DNA of 64,000 nt from Octopus vulgaris (lineage: Eukaryota): assembly GCA_951406725.2 (NCBI GenBank), contig OX597814.1, positions 49,786,001 through 49,850,000 of the forward strand. Direction: 5' to 3'. The translations under genes and the position numbers were made by a program. Of the stretch, positions 28,348 to 43,387 are shown piece by piece. Below the pieces are notes generated by a model. The model made no database searches and had not been told where the DNA came from. It saw only the letters and a list, made by a program, of their open reading frames with translations. Within the stretch, counting starts at the first letter, position 1. The number at the start of each line of letters is the position of its first letter.

Positions 28348-29922
28348 CTAGCATTATGACCTGTCGTTGCCGAGTCATAGTGCTAGTACATGTATATATG
28401 TGTATATATATATGTGTACATATTACATGTCCATCTATATATATATACATCTACACATAAAATACAAAGTTATATCTTGATATTGCTAGTGATAACAATA
28501 ATCAAAATATATAACAGACTGGAATTGTAGGCCTGTCTCTTGCAATTTCAATCAATTGTATCTTGTCCTCCCTCTTGTATAGAAGTTTGACTACAATCCA
28601 GCCTACCTCTATTTCTGGGGGGATATTTTTAATTTTTATCCAACGTCCTAGATATAAAGGTAAAAATAAAATATTTCCACTTTGCAAGGTTCGAGTCGAG
28701 TACTCCTTTGCACGCTCCGTTGACTCGAACCTTGCTTCTATTGTAGCGAATTTACCGCCTCTGGTTAAATATCTTTCATAGTCGCACCAAGACACTTTTC
28801 GATGGTGCTTTCCTCCAGGTGTTCAAATTTTTTTTTCTCTACATTGTATACTTTATAGACAATAGTCTTTTCTTTAATTTAATTTTTTATTTCGTTTGGT
28901 GGTATTATCCTAGATTCACCGTCTTTGTCCGTGATCAATCCGAAATAGGTTTGTATTCCATTTTAATTTTAATGAGTTCGCGCCCGCCGACGGCTGCAGC
29001 GAAATTCATTTTTGAACTTTCTTCTATCGAAGGCATTCTAAGAAAAATGCTTCCGTATAAACGTTGAAAATATTGTCAATTTCCCCAAACAGGGACACAA
29101 TTCAATTTTTAAACAGTAACCAAAGCTCCTTCTCCCAAAGGGGGAGGGTTACAGTTTACAATTATTTAACAAATACAACACAATAACGTTTCCCTTACGA
29201 GGAACCAACAAACGTGATAATAATAGTTAAACAGTAATAACAATAACAACAGACCTTATGGTGAATCAAAAAGCAGTACGCAGTTGAAGCTATAGTCTTT
29301 ATGTATAAGAAATAAACCAACAGCAGTACTCAGTAGAAGCGGCTGTTCGAGAAAACAGACATTAGATACAGCCAAACTTCATATAGATACTTAATGCTAG
29401 CTAATTAGCAGATAATCTAATGTAAAAGCCGTGGTAAACGGTATGCGCACAGCTCCATCTGGACTATTCCATTTCTGCACACTAATTTTATTTTTAATTT
29501 ATTCCCATTCATGTGAAACCACTTATTCAAGTTCAAATCATTGATGCAATTTTATACCAATTGCTTATTTTTACTTTTGTTATGTTACGATTATATTATA
29601 CTTTAATTTGATTTTAATTATTACTTACTACATATAATTCAATTGTTATTATTATCTCTAATTTATATTGTTAAAGTGAAAGTATCTGACATAAAATAGA
29701 GAAATGTTTTTGTTTCACTTTTAACACGTAATACTGAAATAGTGGAGAAGATATGATATTGCTATGGGCTCGCCCTATACAAGAAATTGAACATTTTTTG
29801 CCCATGTAACTACATGGACCCTAAGTAAGGCATGTGTAAAATTTGAATGGAATTGGTTGTGTAGTTCTCAAGTTTTAGGGAAACACACAGACAGACACAC
29901 ATTCTCAGTTTTATATATATAT
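28348..29922 (-). mobile_element. Non-autonomous Helitron-like element with internal insert
   Basis: The minus-strand 3' end has a hairpin GACTCGGCAACGACAGGTC followed by ATAATG-CTAG-T. The 5' end reads TATATATAAAACTGAGAATGTGTGTCTGTCTG...CAATTCCATTCAAATTTT, as in Lep1-like Helitrons. Confidence 0.6.
28500..29130 (-). pseudogene. Decayed coding fragment resembling non-LTR (L1/Tx1-type) ORF1
   Basis: RYLTRGGKFATIEARFESTERAKEY...FLPLYLGRWIKIKNIPPEI has an RRM-like 'ikIkNIPpei' pattern. Family assignment is by pattern recognition only. Confidence 0.4.
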
Positions 29923-30869
29923 ATACACAGAAAGAGAGAGAGAGTGAGAGATACACACCTAGACAAAAACATAACATTCAAACATACACGTGAGTAAAGA
30001 TAGATGCACACGCATATAGGCACACATATAGGTGCATATATCGACCTACAGAAGGAACAAACACTCAATGACAAACGTACAGTCGCTGTCAAAGATGGAG
30101 ATGCATGCACACACTAACTTATAAACTTACAAATAATAATAAGAGTGTATAACTAAATTGTTTCCCTATGGATAATAGTTTTATGTTCTGCTAATGCTTG
30201 CATGGGTTGTTGTAGATGCATAATTAACCTATAGCACAATGAAGTGGTTGTGCCAACCATCTTAAATATCCCTTTTATAGCAGTTTACAAATTTCATGTT
30301 TATATTGAAAGTATTATGATATCAATAACACAAAAAGAAATCTATACAAATATAACAGGAATTACAACCACAGGAAAAAAATAATGTTGTGTTTTTAATG
30401 AACTATGTTGTTTCTGTGTGTGAGCATGTGTGTGTCTTTAAATGTTTCAATATTTTGCCACTGTGAAAGTGAATATGTGTAAATGAATTTTTTTTTGCGT
30501 TCATGTATTCTAGTGAATATGTGTATGCGAATACAAGACTGTGAGTTCGTAAAGGATCCTGTGTGTATATCACATGCCTGCAAGTGTGTACGTGGATATG
30601 AATAAGCACTTGTGAATGCTTCTGTTTGTGTATAAGAATGAGTAACTCAATCACCCCGCCCCCGCTCAATATACTGAGGGAATATCTATTTCTTCCAACC
30701 AATCCTTTTTTTTTAAACTTTTGAAATAAAATTTTTTTTTCAAATCCTCACCAACTTTATTTAATTATATATATTTTTTTGTATCAGAAGGTCATTTTTT
30801 TTTTAGTGACCTTTTGAAAAATTTTAGGGCTAGTAAAAATATTCAATTAGTGCACTCTGATAATTGAAA

Positions 30870-30914
30870 AGCTTCGTCATGGCTATGATCGTGATCACTT
30901 TCTCCATTATCATG

Positions 30915-30961
<47 letters not shown>

Positions 30962-31587
30962 CGTCATCGTCATCGTCATTGTCATCGTTGTCGTCGTCGT
31001 CGTCATGATCACCATCATGATAATCATGATCATCATTATCACCAGTTTGGCGACGACGACCACAACCACCACTGTCACGGCCACTACCACCTCTACCGCC
31101 ACTACTACCACCAGTACCAGTACCAGCAATCAACACTAGCAGCACCACCAACACAACTCTATCACTACTACCCTCATGATCATGCACATGATCTTATACA
31201 TGATCATGATCATCATCACCACCAGTTTGATGACAACGCCCACAGCATCACTGCTATTACTATCAACACCACCATCACCACCTCCACCACCATCACCATC
31301 ATCATCATCTTCATCATCATTCAACTCCTCCTCCTTCTCGCCCCTTCCCCTCCTCCCTTTCCCCTCCTCCCATTCCCACCCCATCTCCCCTCCTCCTTCT
31401 CCTCTTTCTCCTCTTTCTCCCCTCTTCTTATTCTTTCTTCCCCCTCTTCCTCTTTCCTTCCTCCTCTTCCCTCTTCCTCCTCCTCCCTCTTCCTCCTCTT
31501 CCTCCTCTTCATTATCATCGTCGTCGTCACGTTGAGGATGATGATAATCATCGTCCTCATCAACAAAGTTAAAACAAGAACAACAAG

Positions 31588-31674
<87 letters not shown>

Positions 31675-31681
31675 ATTGCTG

Positions 31682-31754
<73 letters not shown>

Positions 31755-31755
31755 C
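30870..31755. repeat. Compound trinucleotide and polypyrimidine tract (CAT/CGT/CCT/CTA/CTG)
   Basis: Seen directly. Confidence 0.95.
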
Positions 31756-32133
31756 GACACGCCCCCACCACTACAACTACATTGCAGCTCCTAATGGTAC
31801 GTGTTTATGATGTTTATTACGTTGAAGATAACTAGAAATAAAAGCGCAGTATTAATACTACGACTTAAGAAAATTTGGGAAAATAAAACAGGAGTGGAAT
31901 GTCATGGAGGATGGCATTGGAGGACCAAGAGAGGTGAAGGGCAGAAGCTGGAAAATGGGGAGTGGGCGGCAGAAGCGGCATTGGTGAGAAAGGAGGGATA
32001 TTAGAAGGGACGTGTGCATGTGTGTATATGTGTTTGTGTGTGTGTGTATGTGGTAAGTGGTAGGGAAGGTGGGTGGGTGGAAACAAAGAAATAAACAAGC
32101 AAGAAAGCAAACAATGCCATCCCACCAACCCAC

Positions 32134-32223
32134 CATCTTTCGAAAAGAAGGAGGCCGGTCCTGTGGGGAGTGAGCAGGGAGTCCGTAGGTGCTGGGATCG
32201 AGGGGAGCGAGTGGCCCCGGCAT
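32134..32223 (-). CDS. Candidate first coding exon of host gene (MPGPLAPLDPSTYGLPAHSPQDRPPSFRKM)
   Basis: GC-rich unique island. The ATG has G at -3 and an in-frame TGA 10 codons upstream. There are 30 codons, then the donor ATG|GTGGGT (phase 0), compatible with exon 10523-10567. Confidence 0.55.
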
Positions 32224-32545
32224 TGCACAATAATTTACTTGACGATTTAATCATGTGAGAGATGAACATAAAATTTTACAAGTTAAAACTCTTCAACAAC
32301 AACAACAACAACAATAATGAAGCAGGAAAGATAATAACCACTAACAATAAAACATCAGCAATAATTACGAAAAAAGAACAATGTAAAAATATAGTAAAAA
32401 TGAAAAATGAAAAATTACATATAAACAATAAAACATTTACGCCAGAATCAAATTGCTTTTAAACTGCTTAGCTCGGCTTATCTCTTTCATCTGTCATCGA
32501 CGAAGAATGAAAACCAAATAAAACACACACACACACATACGCACA

Positions 32546-32626
<81 letters not shown>

Positions 32627-34221
32627 ACATATATGTATATATTATAGTATATACATACATATATAACTATGAAGCATGCGCATGAAAAACATCAATAAGC
32701 GCAATAATAGCAAAACAAATGACTATTGTAAGCCTTTCAATTTATATAACCAATTAAATTGAGTGACAAAGATATAATCATTCACAAAACACACCATTAC
32801 GCAGTTGGCTAGAAAAGCGGAGCGGCGGGCGATATTTACATTAAACAGCCATTAAAATTCCACAAAACCGTTTAGTACATAAGCAATTATATGTACTAAA
32901 ACAGAGTCCTTATAAACGGATACATATGCATTGTATGTATTCACTCTGTTAAGTGTGTTATACATTAATATTTACACACATGCATCTATACACACACATA
33001 AAGTCATATGCATATGATATTATAATTTATGTCATTTTATGCATGCAAAACTTACGACAAATCTGTCTATCCAGCTATCTAGTTACATAAATATTCACAC
33101 ACATACAAGCCAGCACTCGCGTGAGCGCGCGCGCGTGCTCACACACACACACACACACACACACATACATACGTACACACACGTATGTGTACGCGGGTAT
33201 GTACATTGACCTCTCCCACCAACCTCGCACTTGCACATGTAATCGTTAATTTGTGAAGAGCAGGCTAATGCGAGACGAAACTATAACCAGTAAATTGTGC
33301 TCCATGTATGTACTTGTATGTATGTACACGTATGCTTGTGTACGTATGTGTGTGCCTATGTATATGTTTATTTATGAGTAAACAAGAATTATTAATATTT
33401 GCTGATCATAATTTCGTTCAATTCAAAAAATTATAAACAGAGAGCTTAATTGAAATAAATAATCGCCGGTTATTTCTGCTAACAGGTGAGTGGAGTAGCC
33501 ATAGGCACTAAGACATAGCCCCATTAAGGCTAAATTGAAATGACTCCATTTTTAGGCTCAAATTTCGACCCAGTTTACTGGACTCGGATCCTGAGCTATA
33601 CCGATAGATGTATTGCTTCCACTCTACTAAACTGAACAGCGACTCACCTTTTTCATCAGCGCTTTACTTTGCAATTCTCTAGAACTTCTCTAATCGTTCC
33701 AATCGTACTCGGGTCGCCACACCTCTTCTTAAATATCGTCAAAATTCTATGTAACCTTTTGGTCAAGAATTTCGTCGTCCTTAGTCAAACCCAACTAAGA
33801 ACTTTTACATGCTTTCTTTGCAGCATTCTTTCGGTCATCTTCCAAGCCTTATCCAAACCTAAAGTGTACGATCACCAACTAGACCCCCAAACCTATGTTC
33901 AACCTAATACACAGCATAACGAGAACATTATGTATTACACTGCACCTAGAGGAAGTGCCGTGGGGGTCAGTGTTTACCTGATTGTGGTAAGTATTAATGT
34001 AAGACCGTGTATACTTATTATACGTATTTCTTTTAGCAAAGTCTGTTAGTATAATTATATGTTTTTATCTGTCAAGGAGGCTATTTTGTTTGTGTGATTT
34101 GTACTGGTGGTGAAATAATTTGGCCATTCTTACTTGGGAATTCTCTTGGACGTCTTCTTATTTTTGAGGTGCAAAGCTTCTCTTTGTTTCCCCACTCCTT
34201 ATAAGTTCAAAACTTATAATT

Positions 34222-34281
<60 letters not shown>

Positions 34282-34600
34282 TTCCAAACAAACATGATTT
34301 TTAATGAAATCCTAATATTTTTTATGAACTTTTTCATATTTTCTCAAGATTTTTCCTTGTAAACAGTTTTTAACATTTTCTTATTATTATCAAAGAATGT
34401 ATATATGTATTGTAATATTTTGTGACAACCAGTACTTAACACAACAAAGCTTATACAAAGCTTTATATTTTACTTTTGACAATCTTTTTCTAGAAAGGTG
34501 AAACTGGTCGGTCAAGTGAATAAACATCTTTTAAAATTGCATTTTCAAACCTTCTTTCATATATATTTCCACTTGTGCGGTACCTTACAACTTCACTTTG

Positions 34601-34679
<79 letters not shown>

Positions 34680-35217
34680 CATGCATGTACAAATTTAATT
34701 TATATATTTATGTATCTAGTTTTAACAATATAAACATACACATGCATATACACACACATATTAAATTGTAGCTTGTTGCTCTGGGATCCTTTGCAAAACA
34801 CATTTCAATCAGTCACAAAACTCGTCTTTAAAAATTAAACGTATGCACACACGCACACACACATGTATTTCAGCCTTAAAGATGAAGTTAATATTTCGAA
34901 CATTTACTTGACGCATTTTCTTTTTTATTGGCGGCCTCTTGAAATATAGGAGTATTTTTCTGTCTCCAACAGCAACAAGCGAGAAGAATTTTATTATAAG
35001 GCTACATGCATAAAGCAATTATATCATTACTAAAAACAAGATATTTTTTTCTTTTTGGTGGAATGAAATTAACTAATCACAAAGCTAAAACATTACCACA
35101 GATTAGAAGTGACTATAAAACATTGTATGAGAGTTTGAAAGTTATACACAAGCACATACACAAAATTCACGAACAGGCATCATGTGCATTCACATACACT
35201 GTCTGAATATGTGCATG

Positions 35218-35248
<31 letters not shown>

Positions 35249-35607
35249 GCATATTCACTGTGTATGTATATACATATATAAAGGTCATCAGTGTTTTAAA
35301 GGATATTTTAGTTCTTGTTAATACGATCATATCGTTTGATTAGTTAATTTACATGACCTTTTCGAAATGTGTCTACATCAAAGTATAGATATGTATCAAA
35401 ACACACGCGTGCACACACGCGTGCACACACACACACACACACACACACAAACAAACACACACACACACATACACACAACACATATACACGCACACATATA
35501 TACACGCATGCATATATATTTATATATATTATATATGCACATGTATTAATATTAAAACATTTTAAATATATTTTTTATAAGCATATCTAAACACGGTTAT
35601 GTGCATA

Positions 35608-36000
35608 AACAGGGGTGGGGTAAAATTAGGTATATAACATAGTTGCTTCATATGAGTGGAATGTTCTTTTCATTTCCCTATTTCTTTTTACCTCAGTGAG
35701 TCATAAGTCGACTAAGGTATCTGTGGCAGAAGCGTAGTTTAAAAGAAGCCCATATTTTTGATTTCTGGGACTGTTAGTCAATGCTTGGGGCACAAGCATC
35801 TCATTTTCTTCGGGGGTAATACTGACCGGTTGTCCACCTCTCTGTGCATTGCATATGAATCCAGTTTGCTCAAATTTGTCGCGTATTCCGTAAAGTATTG
35901 ACGGTGCTGGTCTTTGAAATTGTTCAGTCCACATCTGTCCAACCATTTCTGCATTGTCTTTCTTCCTGGGCTGCTTGATATTCTACTTTCGTTTATTTTT
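35608..36000 (-). mobile_element. Tc1/mariner-superfamily transposase N-terminal remnant
   Basis: IRDKFEQTGFICNAQRGGQPVSITPEENEMLV..ALTNSP resembles the HTH region F.ETGSV....RSGRP. A CAGGGGTGG terminus lies at ~35610. Confidence 0.65.
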
Positions 36001-36238
36001 AGTCATATTTCCAACTATATAACAAATATCTGAAATTAGGAATAATCATTTTATTACAGAAAGAATTAGTTAATCAAAGAATTTTTATCTTAAAAAAGAG
36101 AAAAATGAAAAGAAAATTCATTCATACTCAGCACCTGTTTACTTATTTTTGCCTACACCTGTACACACACACACACACGCACACACACACACACATATAT
36201 TCATCTACACACACACACATATATTCATCTACACACAC

Positions 36239-36274
<36 letters not shown>

Positions 36275-36310
36275 ACACATTTATATATATGTATATGCAT
36301 ATGTAAATAT

Positions 36311-36511
36311 AAGGCGAGCTGGCAGAATCGTTAGCACGTCGGGTGAAATGATTAACAGTATTTCGTCTGAGTTCAAATTCCGCCAAAGTCGACTTTGCCT
36401 TTCATCCGTTCAGGAGTCGATAAATCAAGTACCAGTTGAGTTACGGGGTCGATATAATCGACCATCCCCTCCCCCAAATGTCTGGCCTTGTGCCTATGGT
36501 AGATAGGATTA
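36311..36511 (+). mobile_element. SINE family C (single core)
   Basis: Head AAGGCGAGCTGGCAGAATCGTTAGC, one core and tail type B. Confidence 0.85.
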
Positions 36512-36519
36512 AATATATG

Positions 36520-36582
<63 letters not shown>

Positions 36583-36586
<4 letters not shown>

Positions 36587-36900
36587 AGCTGAGACCCCCT
36601 TCGGTCATGACTGACCATGGGATTGCACCCAGAAAGTTACCCTCCCTGGCACAAGTCCGGGCAAGATTGTTTATGGAAGAACAGCAGACGCCCATGCATA
36701 CCGGCCTCCCCTCTCCACGCCACCAGTGTTATCCAACGGAAAGGCAAAGGCTGTGATGTCACAACTCATTTCTACAGCTGAGTGAACTGGAGCAACGTGA
36801 AATAAAGTGTCTTGCTCAAGAACACAACACACAGCCCGGTCCGGGATTCGAACTCACAACCTCACAATTGTAAGCTCGATGCTCTAACCACTGAGCCATG
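36583..36900 (-). mobile_element. tRNA-derived SINE (family A) with distinct 3' tail
   Basis: The reverse complement begins ATGGCTCAGTGGTTAGAGCATCGAGCTTACAATTGTGAGGTTGTGAGTTCGAATCCC. The body matches 20-90. Confidence 0.8.
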
Positions 36901-36922
36901 TGTGTGTGTGTGCGCGGTGTAC

Positions 36923-36979
<57 letters not shown>

Positions 36980-37125
36980 CATATATATGTGTATGTATAT
37001 ATGAATGTGCTTGTGCATTTGTGTGAATATTCCACCACGTGCAATTTGCTGCAGTTTACTTTGCTTCAGTATAAAGTTACTCTTTATTTAACCACCATTT
37101 AACTATAAAAGGACTGTACACGCAC

Positions 37126-37195
<70 letters not shown>

Positions 37196-37813
37196 AATTT
37201 AGAAGTTTTGTACATTATATGCCTATGTCTTGGGTAACCATTGTTTTTTAGATTAGATTAAACTAAATTAATATTAACGTATTAATTGTATATCACAGTT
37301 ATGTAATTATACATGTAATGATGTTCGTATTAAAGAAACAGCTGTCGAATATAATTAAAAGTTCAACTTCATACAAAATTTATGCTTTTATTTTGCTTCG
37401 AATCAAAATATGCAGATCGTTATTTATATGCATCCAAGTCGGACCTGTATAGATTTTCTTGGTGTTACTGCATTGTTAATAACATGTTAGATTTTAACGA
37501 CTTGCTTTTCATTGATATCTTGATCACACACACACACACACACATATATATGTATATATATATTTATATATTTATATATGTATATAAATATATATATACA
37601 TATATATGTGTGTGTGTGTGTGTGTAATGTTGGAGTCAAACCAAGTAATGAGATTTTGAATGCATTTAATACGAGTATTTCAGATAATAGCGCAGTAGAT
37701 AAAACGCTATTTCATCTCTTCCGTGTTATCCACAGGAATTCAACAAGTATTTGGAATGGTTTGTCCTATTCGACTTTAGTCGGGAAATCTGGTAACGTGT
37801 ATCACTTATAAAG

Positions 37814-37814
<1 letters not shown>

Positions 37815-37887
<73 letters not shown>

Positions 37888-38129
37888 TATACACATGTAT
37901 ATATACATATATATATATATAAGTATACACACACATATATATATATATATTTATATACATATATATATATACACGCACGCACATGTATACATAAACACAT
38001 GTATGTATGTATGTATGTATGTATGTATGTATGTATGTATGTATGTACGTACGTACGTATGTATGTATGTATGTATGTATGTATGTATGTATGTATGTAT
38101 GTATGTATGTATGTATGTATGTGTGTATG

Positions 38130-38185
<56 letters not shown>
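37815..38185. repeat. (TA)n-(TATG)n-(TA)n microsatellite
   Basis: Seen directly. Confidence 0.95.
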
Positions 38186-38186
<1 letters not shown>

Positions 38187-40214
38187 CAAAACAATTAAGA
38201 TTCAAATGAATTCAAATGAATATGGTACTTAACTTAGATGCACCAGAATTCTTTATGGTATTAAAGAAAAAAGTAACCAAGAAAAAAGTAACAAGAATGG
38301 ATCAGTAGTTTAGTATAATTGTTTCATACTAAGAACATTTCTCTCGGCCATATTGTTGCTATTCATAATCAGCGCCACTACAATGCTTCATTATATTAGT
38401 GATTATTTCTAAGTCTTCACAATGGAGCTGAATGTGTTTTACCGATAAAATTTTTATAAGATTGAGTTATTTCCGTTGGTTTCACTGCATTGTCATTATT
38501 TTCTTTAAATTTGGCCTGGCTGTTATTATTGGAATTATTCTCCATGGTTATTGCTTTTAGATATTAAGCACCCATGGGGGTAGTTTTTGTCAACTAATTG
38601 TAAGGTTAATTTCAGTTAGTTGAATTTTTCTACTCACTATTTTTAATATATAAAGACCTTCAGTATATGTATTGTGTTGTTGGTATACACACCCGCACTA
38701 AAGGACTGTAATATAGCAGTTAAGTGCCATACAGTTCTAAACTTTTGGTAAAAAAAAACCTCGCACCCATGCCAAAGAAATACATACGTTACAGGGTGAA
38801 CGTTCAAAAAAATACGAATGATAAAAAAAAAATGCCGTAGTGCAAATAGGATTGCAATAAAAGTCCTGAATAAAGAAAACTACAACAATAACAGAAAAAA
38901 ATGATATAGCAGAAAATTATATTTATCGTCGTCTAAAATGTAATTATGTAAAACATGAAATGAATTAAATAAGTAAAAGAATGCCATAAAGTAAAACAAA
39001 GGAATAAAAAAAAAGCTTGAACTTCAAAAGCTGCAACAAAATAAACTACAAGAATGAGCACCCCCATCAAAAGAACAACAGCTATAAAAACAACAAAATA
39101 AATGTAAGGAAATAATAGAAAATGAAATTAGCCCTAAAAAACTATATAAAAAAACAAGCTGTCCTTTACAGGAAGTTTTAAGTCTGAGAAAGACAGAATA
39201 TTTTCATTGCATATTTTTTTTACTTTCCATCTGGAACGAACCTCGTTTATAAAATGTTAAAAACAACAATAAAAATAATAAAATGAAATAAAATAATAAC
39301 AGCAACACTAGTAACATTAACAACATCAGAAAATACTGCAAGAACAAGAATAACAACAAAAATATTGTTGAACGAGACACATGTGTGTTCTCGGACATTG
39401 CACGCCTAACTTCGCAATTCATGAACTGCAAAATTACTGAAGAACAGGCCTCGTTTAATGTAGTAAAAAGGATTTCTCTCTCTTGGCAAATGAGAGAAAT
39501 GAAGAGGGAGAAGGAAAGAGAGAGAGAGAGAGAGAGTGGGAGAGAGAGACAGACAGACTGAGAGCTAGCTAGCTAGATAGATAGAGAGAAACAGAGAGGG
39601 AAGATGGATTAAAAGAGGAGAGAGAAAGTGGAGAGAAAATTCCATAAACATGAAAAAGAAAAGAGGGAAAACAAAAGACGTAACTAAGTACCTCTCAGAG
39701 ACTCTAGAGAACTGCCTTGAACAAGTAGTGAAGATGTCCGAATGTTAGACGAAACCAATGGATATTAACTTCATCTCTTGTACAACAGGGAGTTCAAAAC
39801 TGAACTATGTGTATAGTTATCATCGTTTTTATTATTGCTTTTGCACCAGTGGTTGTAGTTGCCTCTGACGCCACTGTAGCTGTTCTGGTTGTAGTTGTTG
39901 TCATGGTTCTTGTTAGTGGTGTTTTTGTTATTGCTGTTGTTTTCCTTATTATTTGTTATTGCTGTTGAGTTGCTTTTGTTATTGCTTTACTGCTTTATTT
40001 ATTGTTGTTGTAAGTAGTTTTATTGAAATAGCTGAAATATTGAGGCACGACAACCTTGAGATATAGAATACTCTTTTCCTTACTGTATGTAATACAATAT
40101 AAGGCGTGGCTAAGTTGTTATAATATCGGACTAACAACCACCAGTTGTGAGTTCGTGCCGTGCCGTCTTTTTACTCTCAAACGGGCCTCTCTACCAAGAT
40201 GTTTAAGAACAATT

Positions 40215-40375
40215 AGGCGTAGGTATGGCTATATGGTTAAGAAGTTTGTTTGACAACATGTTTACGAGTTCGAGCTCAAAGCGTGGCACATGGGAAAGTG
40301 CCCTCCACCATAACCTCGAGTCGACCAATACCTTGTGAGTGGAATTTGGCGAACGGAAGCTATGCAGAAGCTTAT
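40215..40375 (+). mobile_element. SINE family B head, diverged
   Basis: AGGCGTAGGTATGGCTATATGGTTAAGAAG...GCGTGGCACATGGGAAAGTG...CCTTGTGAGTGGAATTTGG. Confidence 0.7.
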
Positions 40376-40414
40376 ATGTATATGTATATACATACACATT
40401 GGATCAGCGTTATT

Positions 40415-40516
<102 letters not shown>

Positions 40517-40854
40517 ATATGTATATAATTACATATATATAAGACTAAAGGACAAATTATTACAAGTGTAAGTATGTATTTATACATTATGAAAAATAGA
40601 ATATTCACTTCACATGGCGTACGCAGGTTTTGTCTTTACAGCTGTCTCAAATGATCAGTAAATAGTTGATATGACAATGCATAAACAGGTATAATAATGA
40701 GGCGAAATACTCATAAACATGTTAATACATAAAATCCTGGATGTCTGTAATTTATTAACATTAAATCTTCTCATCCTGGACCTGTTTTAAGTTGCGTTGT
40801 TAACAATATTTCAATAAGTATTTCCAACCTTTCTAAAAATGAAGGTACGCCCTG

Positions 40855-41603
40855 TGTTATAACCAGACCCTACATGGTAGTGGTTTTTCCGAGAAAATAT
40901 TCTACATTCTCAACACTAGATTAAAAATACAAGTTGGAACAACTGATTTCATACAACAATAATGTGACAGCTAAGTCCAATAATGTTCCTAGCAAAATTA
41001 GCGCTAAGCAAATTAGTACTAAGGAAAATGATTATGCCTCTAGTAATTTGGAAACTTGAGCTCATCGTTAGTATAACTTTTACCTCCACAAAGATCAGTC
41101 TATAATATATTCCTTTCTCTTTAATTATCGACACTATCAATAAGGTGTTGTGGACATCACTAACATCTAAACCTATCCAATATGCGAATCTGTCCAACAG
41201 AATCGAATGGAAAGTTGTAGAACTTTCTAGAATATTCTAATGGCTTACCGGTATACAAGCAGAGCTGGTGGAGGGGCGCTTCTCCTTTTACCTTTGTCTT
41301 TTCTTGCTATACACTGTTTGAGAGACAGATAATAAACCTATCTGGAGTGTCACCGTGTTCTTTGCGAGTGAACGAGAGAGGCAAAACAAATTTACATCAC
41401 TGATAGGATAAAAAAGATTATCCTTGGCGAGTGGACTTTTTACCTTGTCTCTCTGTAATTTTTAGTATCAGTTAAATTATTGTTTTGTCAAGAATATAAT
41501 ACTTTATGTATGGAATATAATATACTTTTTGTACGGAATATAGCACTTCATTTTATCTAATATAGTTAGAGTTTTACTATAAGCTATTTTTACCTTGACA
41601 ACA
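40855..41603 (+). mobile_element. Putative Gypsy 5' LTR
   Basis: Bounded by TGTT...AACA with an internal AATAAA (~41330). It is followed directly by a TGGCG PBS-like sequence and the gag remnant. Confidence 0.5.
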
Positions 41604-42410
41604 ATGGCGGAACAAAGCGACGAGCTGATACAGTTGCTCAAGCAACAACTTCAACTTCAGAGGGAACAAATGGACATACAGGCACAGCAGCGCGGAGAAG
41701 ATTTGGGAAGACCGATTCAAGTTTAAATTTCTGAAAAGGATTCCACCATTTGCTGATTTTGATTCAACATCAGAACTATGGTCTGATTACTGATCAAAAT
41801 TCTGCACTTTTGTTGTGGGCAACGTCGTGCCTGACCAGCACAAGGCATAAGTGTTCTTGACGAATCAAACCGCTACCATATATAAACAACTGGCGAATCT
41901 GGTAAACTCAACAGAGTCCGTCAAAGAATATTAACGAGCTGACGACGGAGGAAATTGTCAACTTTATGAAAGAACAATTCAACCCAAAACGTTTCATTGT
42001 GTGAGACTGTTTCAGGTTGCTACCTGTGACTTTCCTTCGATCACAGACCCTCAGGATGAAGCTCTTAGACAGAGATTCATATGTTCTGTCAATAGTGAAG
42101 CTGTCTTGAAGGCTCTTTTCAGAATCAAAGACACAGAGCTGAACTTTGCACGTGCTGTCCATGTTGCGATTGAGACCGAAGATGTGGCGAAGGTTGCCAA
42201 GGAAACTGGTTACGGTTCTAAGACCAGGCCTGTCAACATGGTCAAGCAGAGACAGAACAAGGGTCAACGAAAAAGCCACCAGTAGACTAATTCTATAGAC
42301 CCTGAGTTGAAGTATTACATAAAGTGACAGACTACTCCTACAAAGAAGTCAAATGCCACTTTTGTGACAAGAAAGGACATTTAGAAGCTCTTTACAACTT
42401 TTCATATAAA
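41604..42410 (+). mobile_element. Ty3/Gypsy gag remnant (frameshifted, internally deleted)
   Basis: PPFADFDSTSELWSDY, VFLTNQTATIYKQL, FMKEQFNPKRFIV, CDFPSITDPQDEALRQRFICSVNSEAVLKALF and a knuckle remnant CHFCDKKGHL. Confidence 0.8.
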
Positions 42411-42455
42411 TAATAATAATAATTATGGAGCTCCAACAAAACCCGTGATAAAGAG

Positions 42456-42529
<74 letters not shown>

Positions 42530-42531
<2 letters not shown>

Positions 42532-42905
42532 GTGCAAGACCAAAGTTTGGTCGCGAATTGGAGGGTCAGCCTTAGGAACGAGCAAGCGTCTCCACTGTGC
42601 CGCATCTGTAATAGAGTGGACGAAACCATTGCCCATATTGCGAACGAATGCCCCAGACTTGCCTCAAACCACTACAAGGTGTGGCGACAAGATAAAGTAG
42701 TGAAAAACCAGGAAAGTATTAGTCAGTTGAAAGATTTAAGTGAAATACACAGAGTGTGGAACCTGAAGCAGAAACAATACCAGTTGTGACTGGAGCACTA
42801 GGGGATCATGAAAAAACAAAACAGTCTGCTGTTTTGCTTGACATTAAAAAAATACGAAATTTAAAAATAGTACTTGCAATTCAGCTCACATTCTACGTAA
42901 GTTCT
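42530..42905 (+). mobile_element. R4/Dong-type fragment, internally deleted
   Basis: QDQSL...CRICNRVDETIAHIANECPRLA...RQDKV, then VWNL, TIPVVTGALG. It starts immediately after a long (AAT)n. Confidence 0.75.
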
Positions 42906-43387
42906 TTTCCTTGTAATATATATATATATATTCTAAAAACCGAGGCTTATTTATTTTAAATTAAATTTATTTATATGTACGTATTTTATAAATTCCAACA
43001 GGACTGCTGAGTAATAATGATAGCAATGTCGTTCATTACGATCTGTATCGGAGAAATAGAGCATTACGTTTAACCCAAGATAAGAAGGCATACTACAGTA
43101 GAGCACATAGTTATTGCCCTTTCAGGATTCACAGAGTACGCTACAACGTTATATATAAGTGCATAGTTACTACTACACTCTATAACTCTTCTTGAATATA
43201 CATAGAAACTTCGATCGATTTTAAATGTCGGTTACCAAGATATTACCTTTACGAGTAATTACACCTAGTTACATAACAGGTACAATGCTGAGGCAATATT
43301 GCTTATGAACCATTCCCTGATCTCTAGAAAGAACAGTAAAGACATGATCGCTATACATCTTGTAAATTGTATATGCAACTATTCATA

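Noticed and set aside
33480-34200. Possible solo LTR, or an exon with a minus-strand AAG|GTGAGT donor near 33647
   Set aside because: I could not define LTR termini, a target-site duplication, a matching acceptor or a credible ORF.
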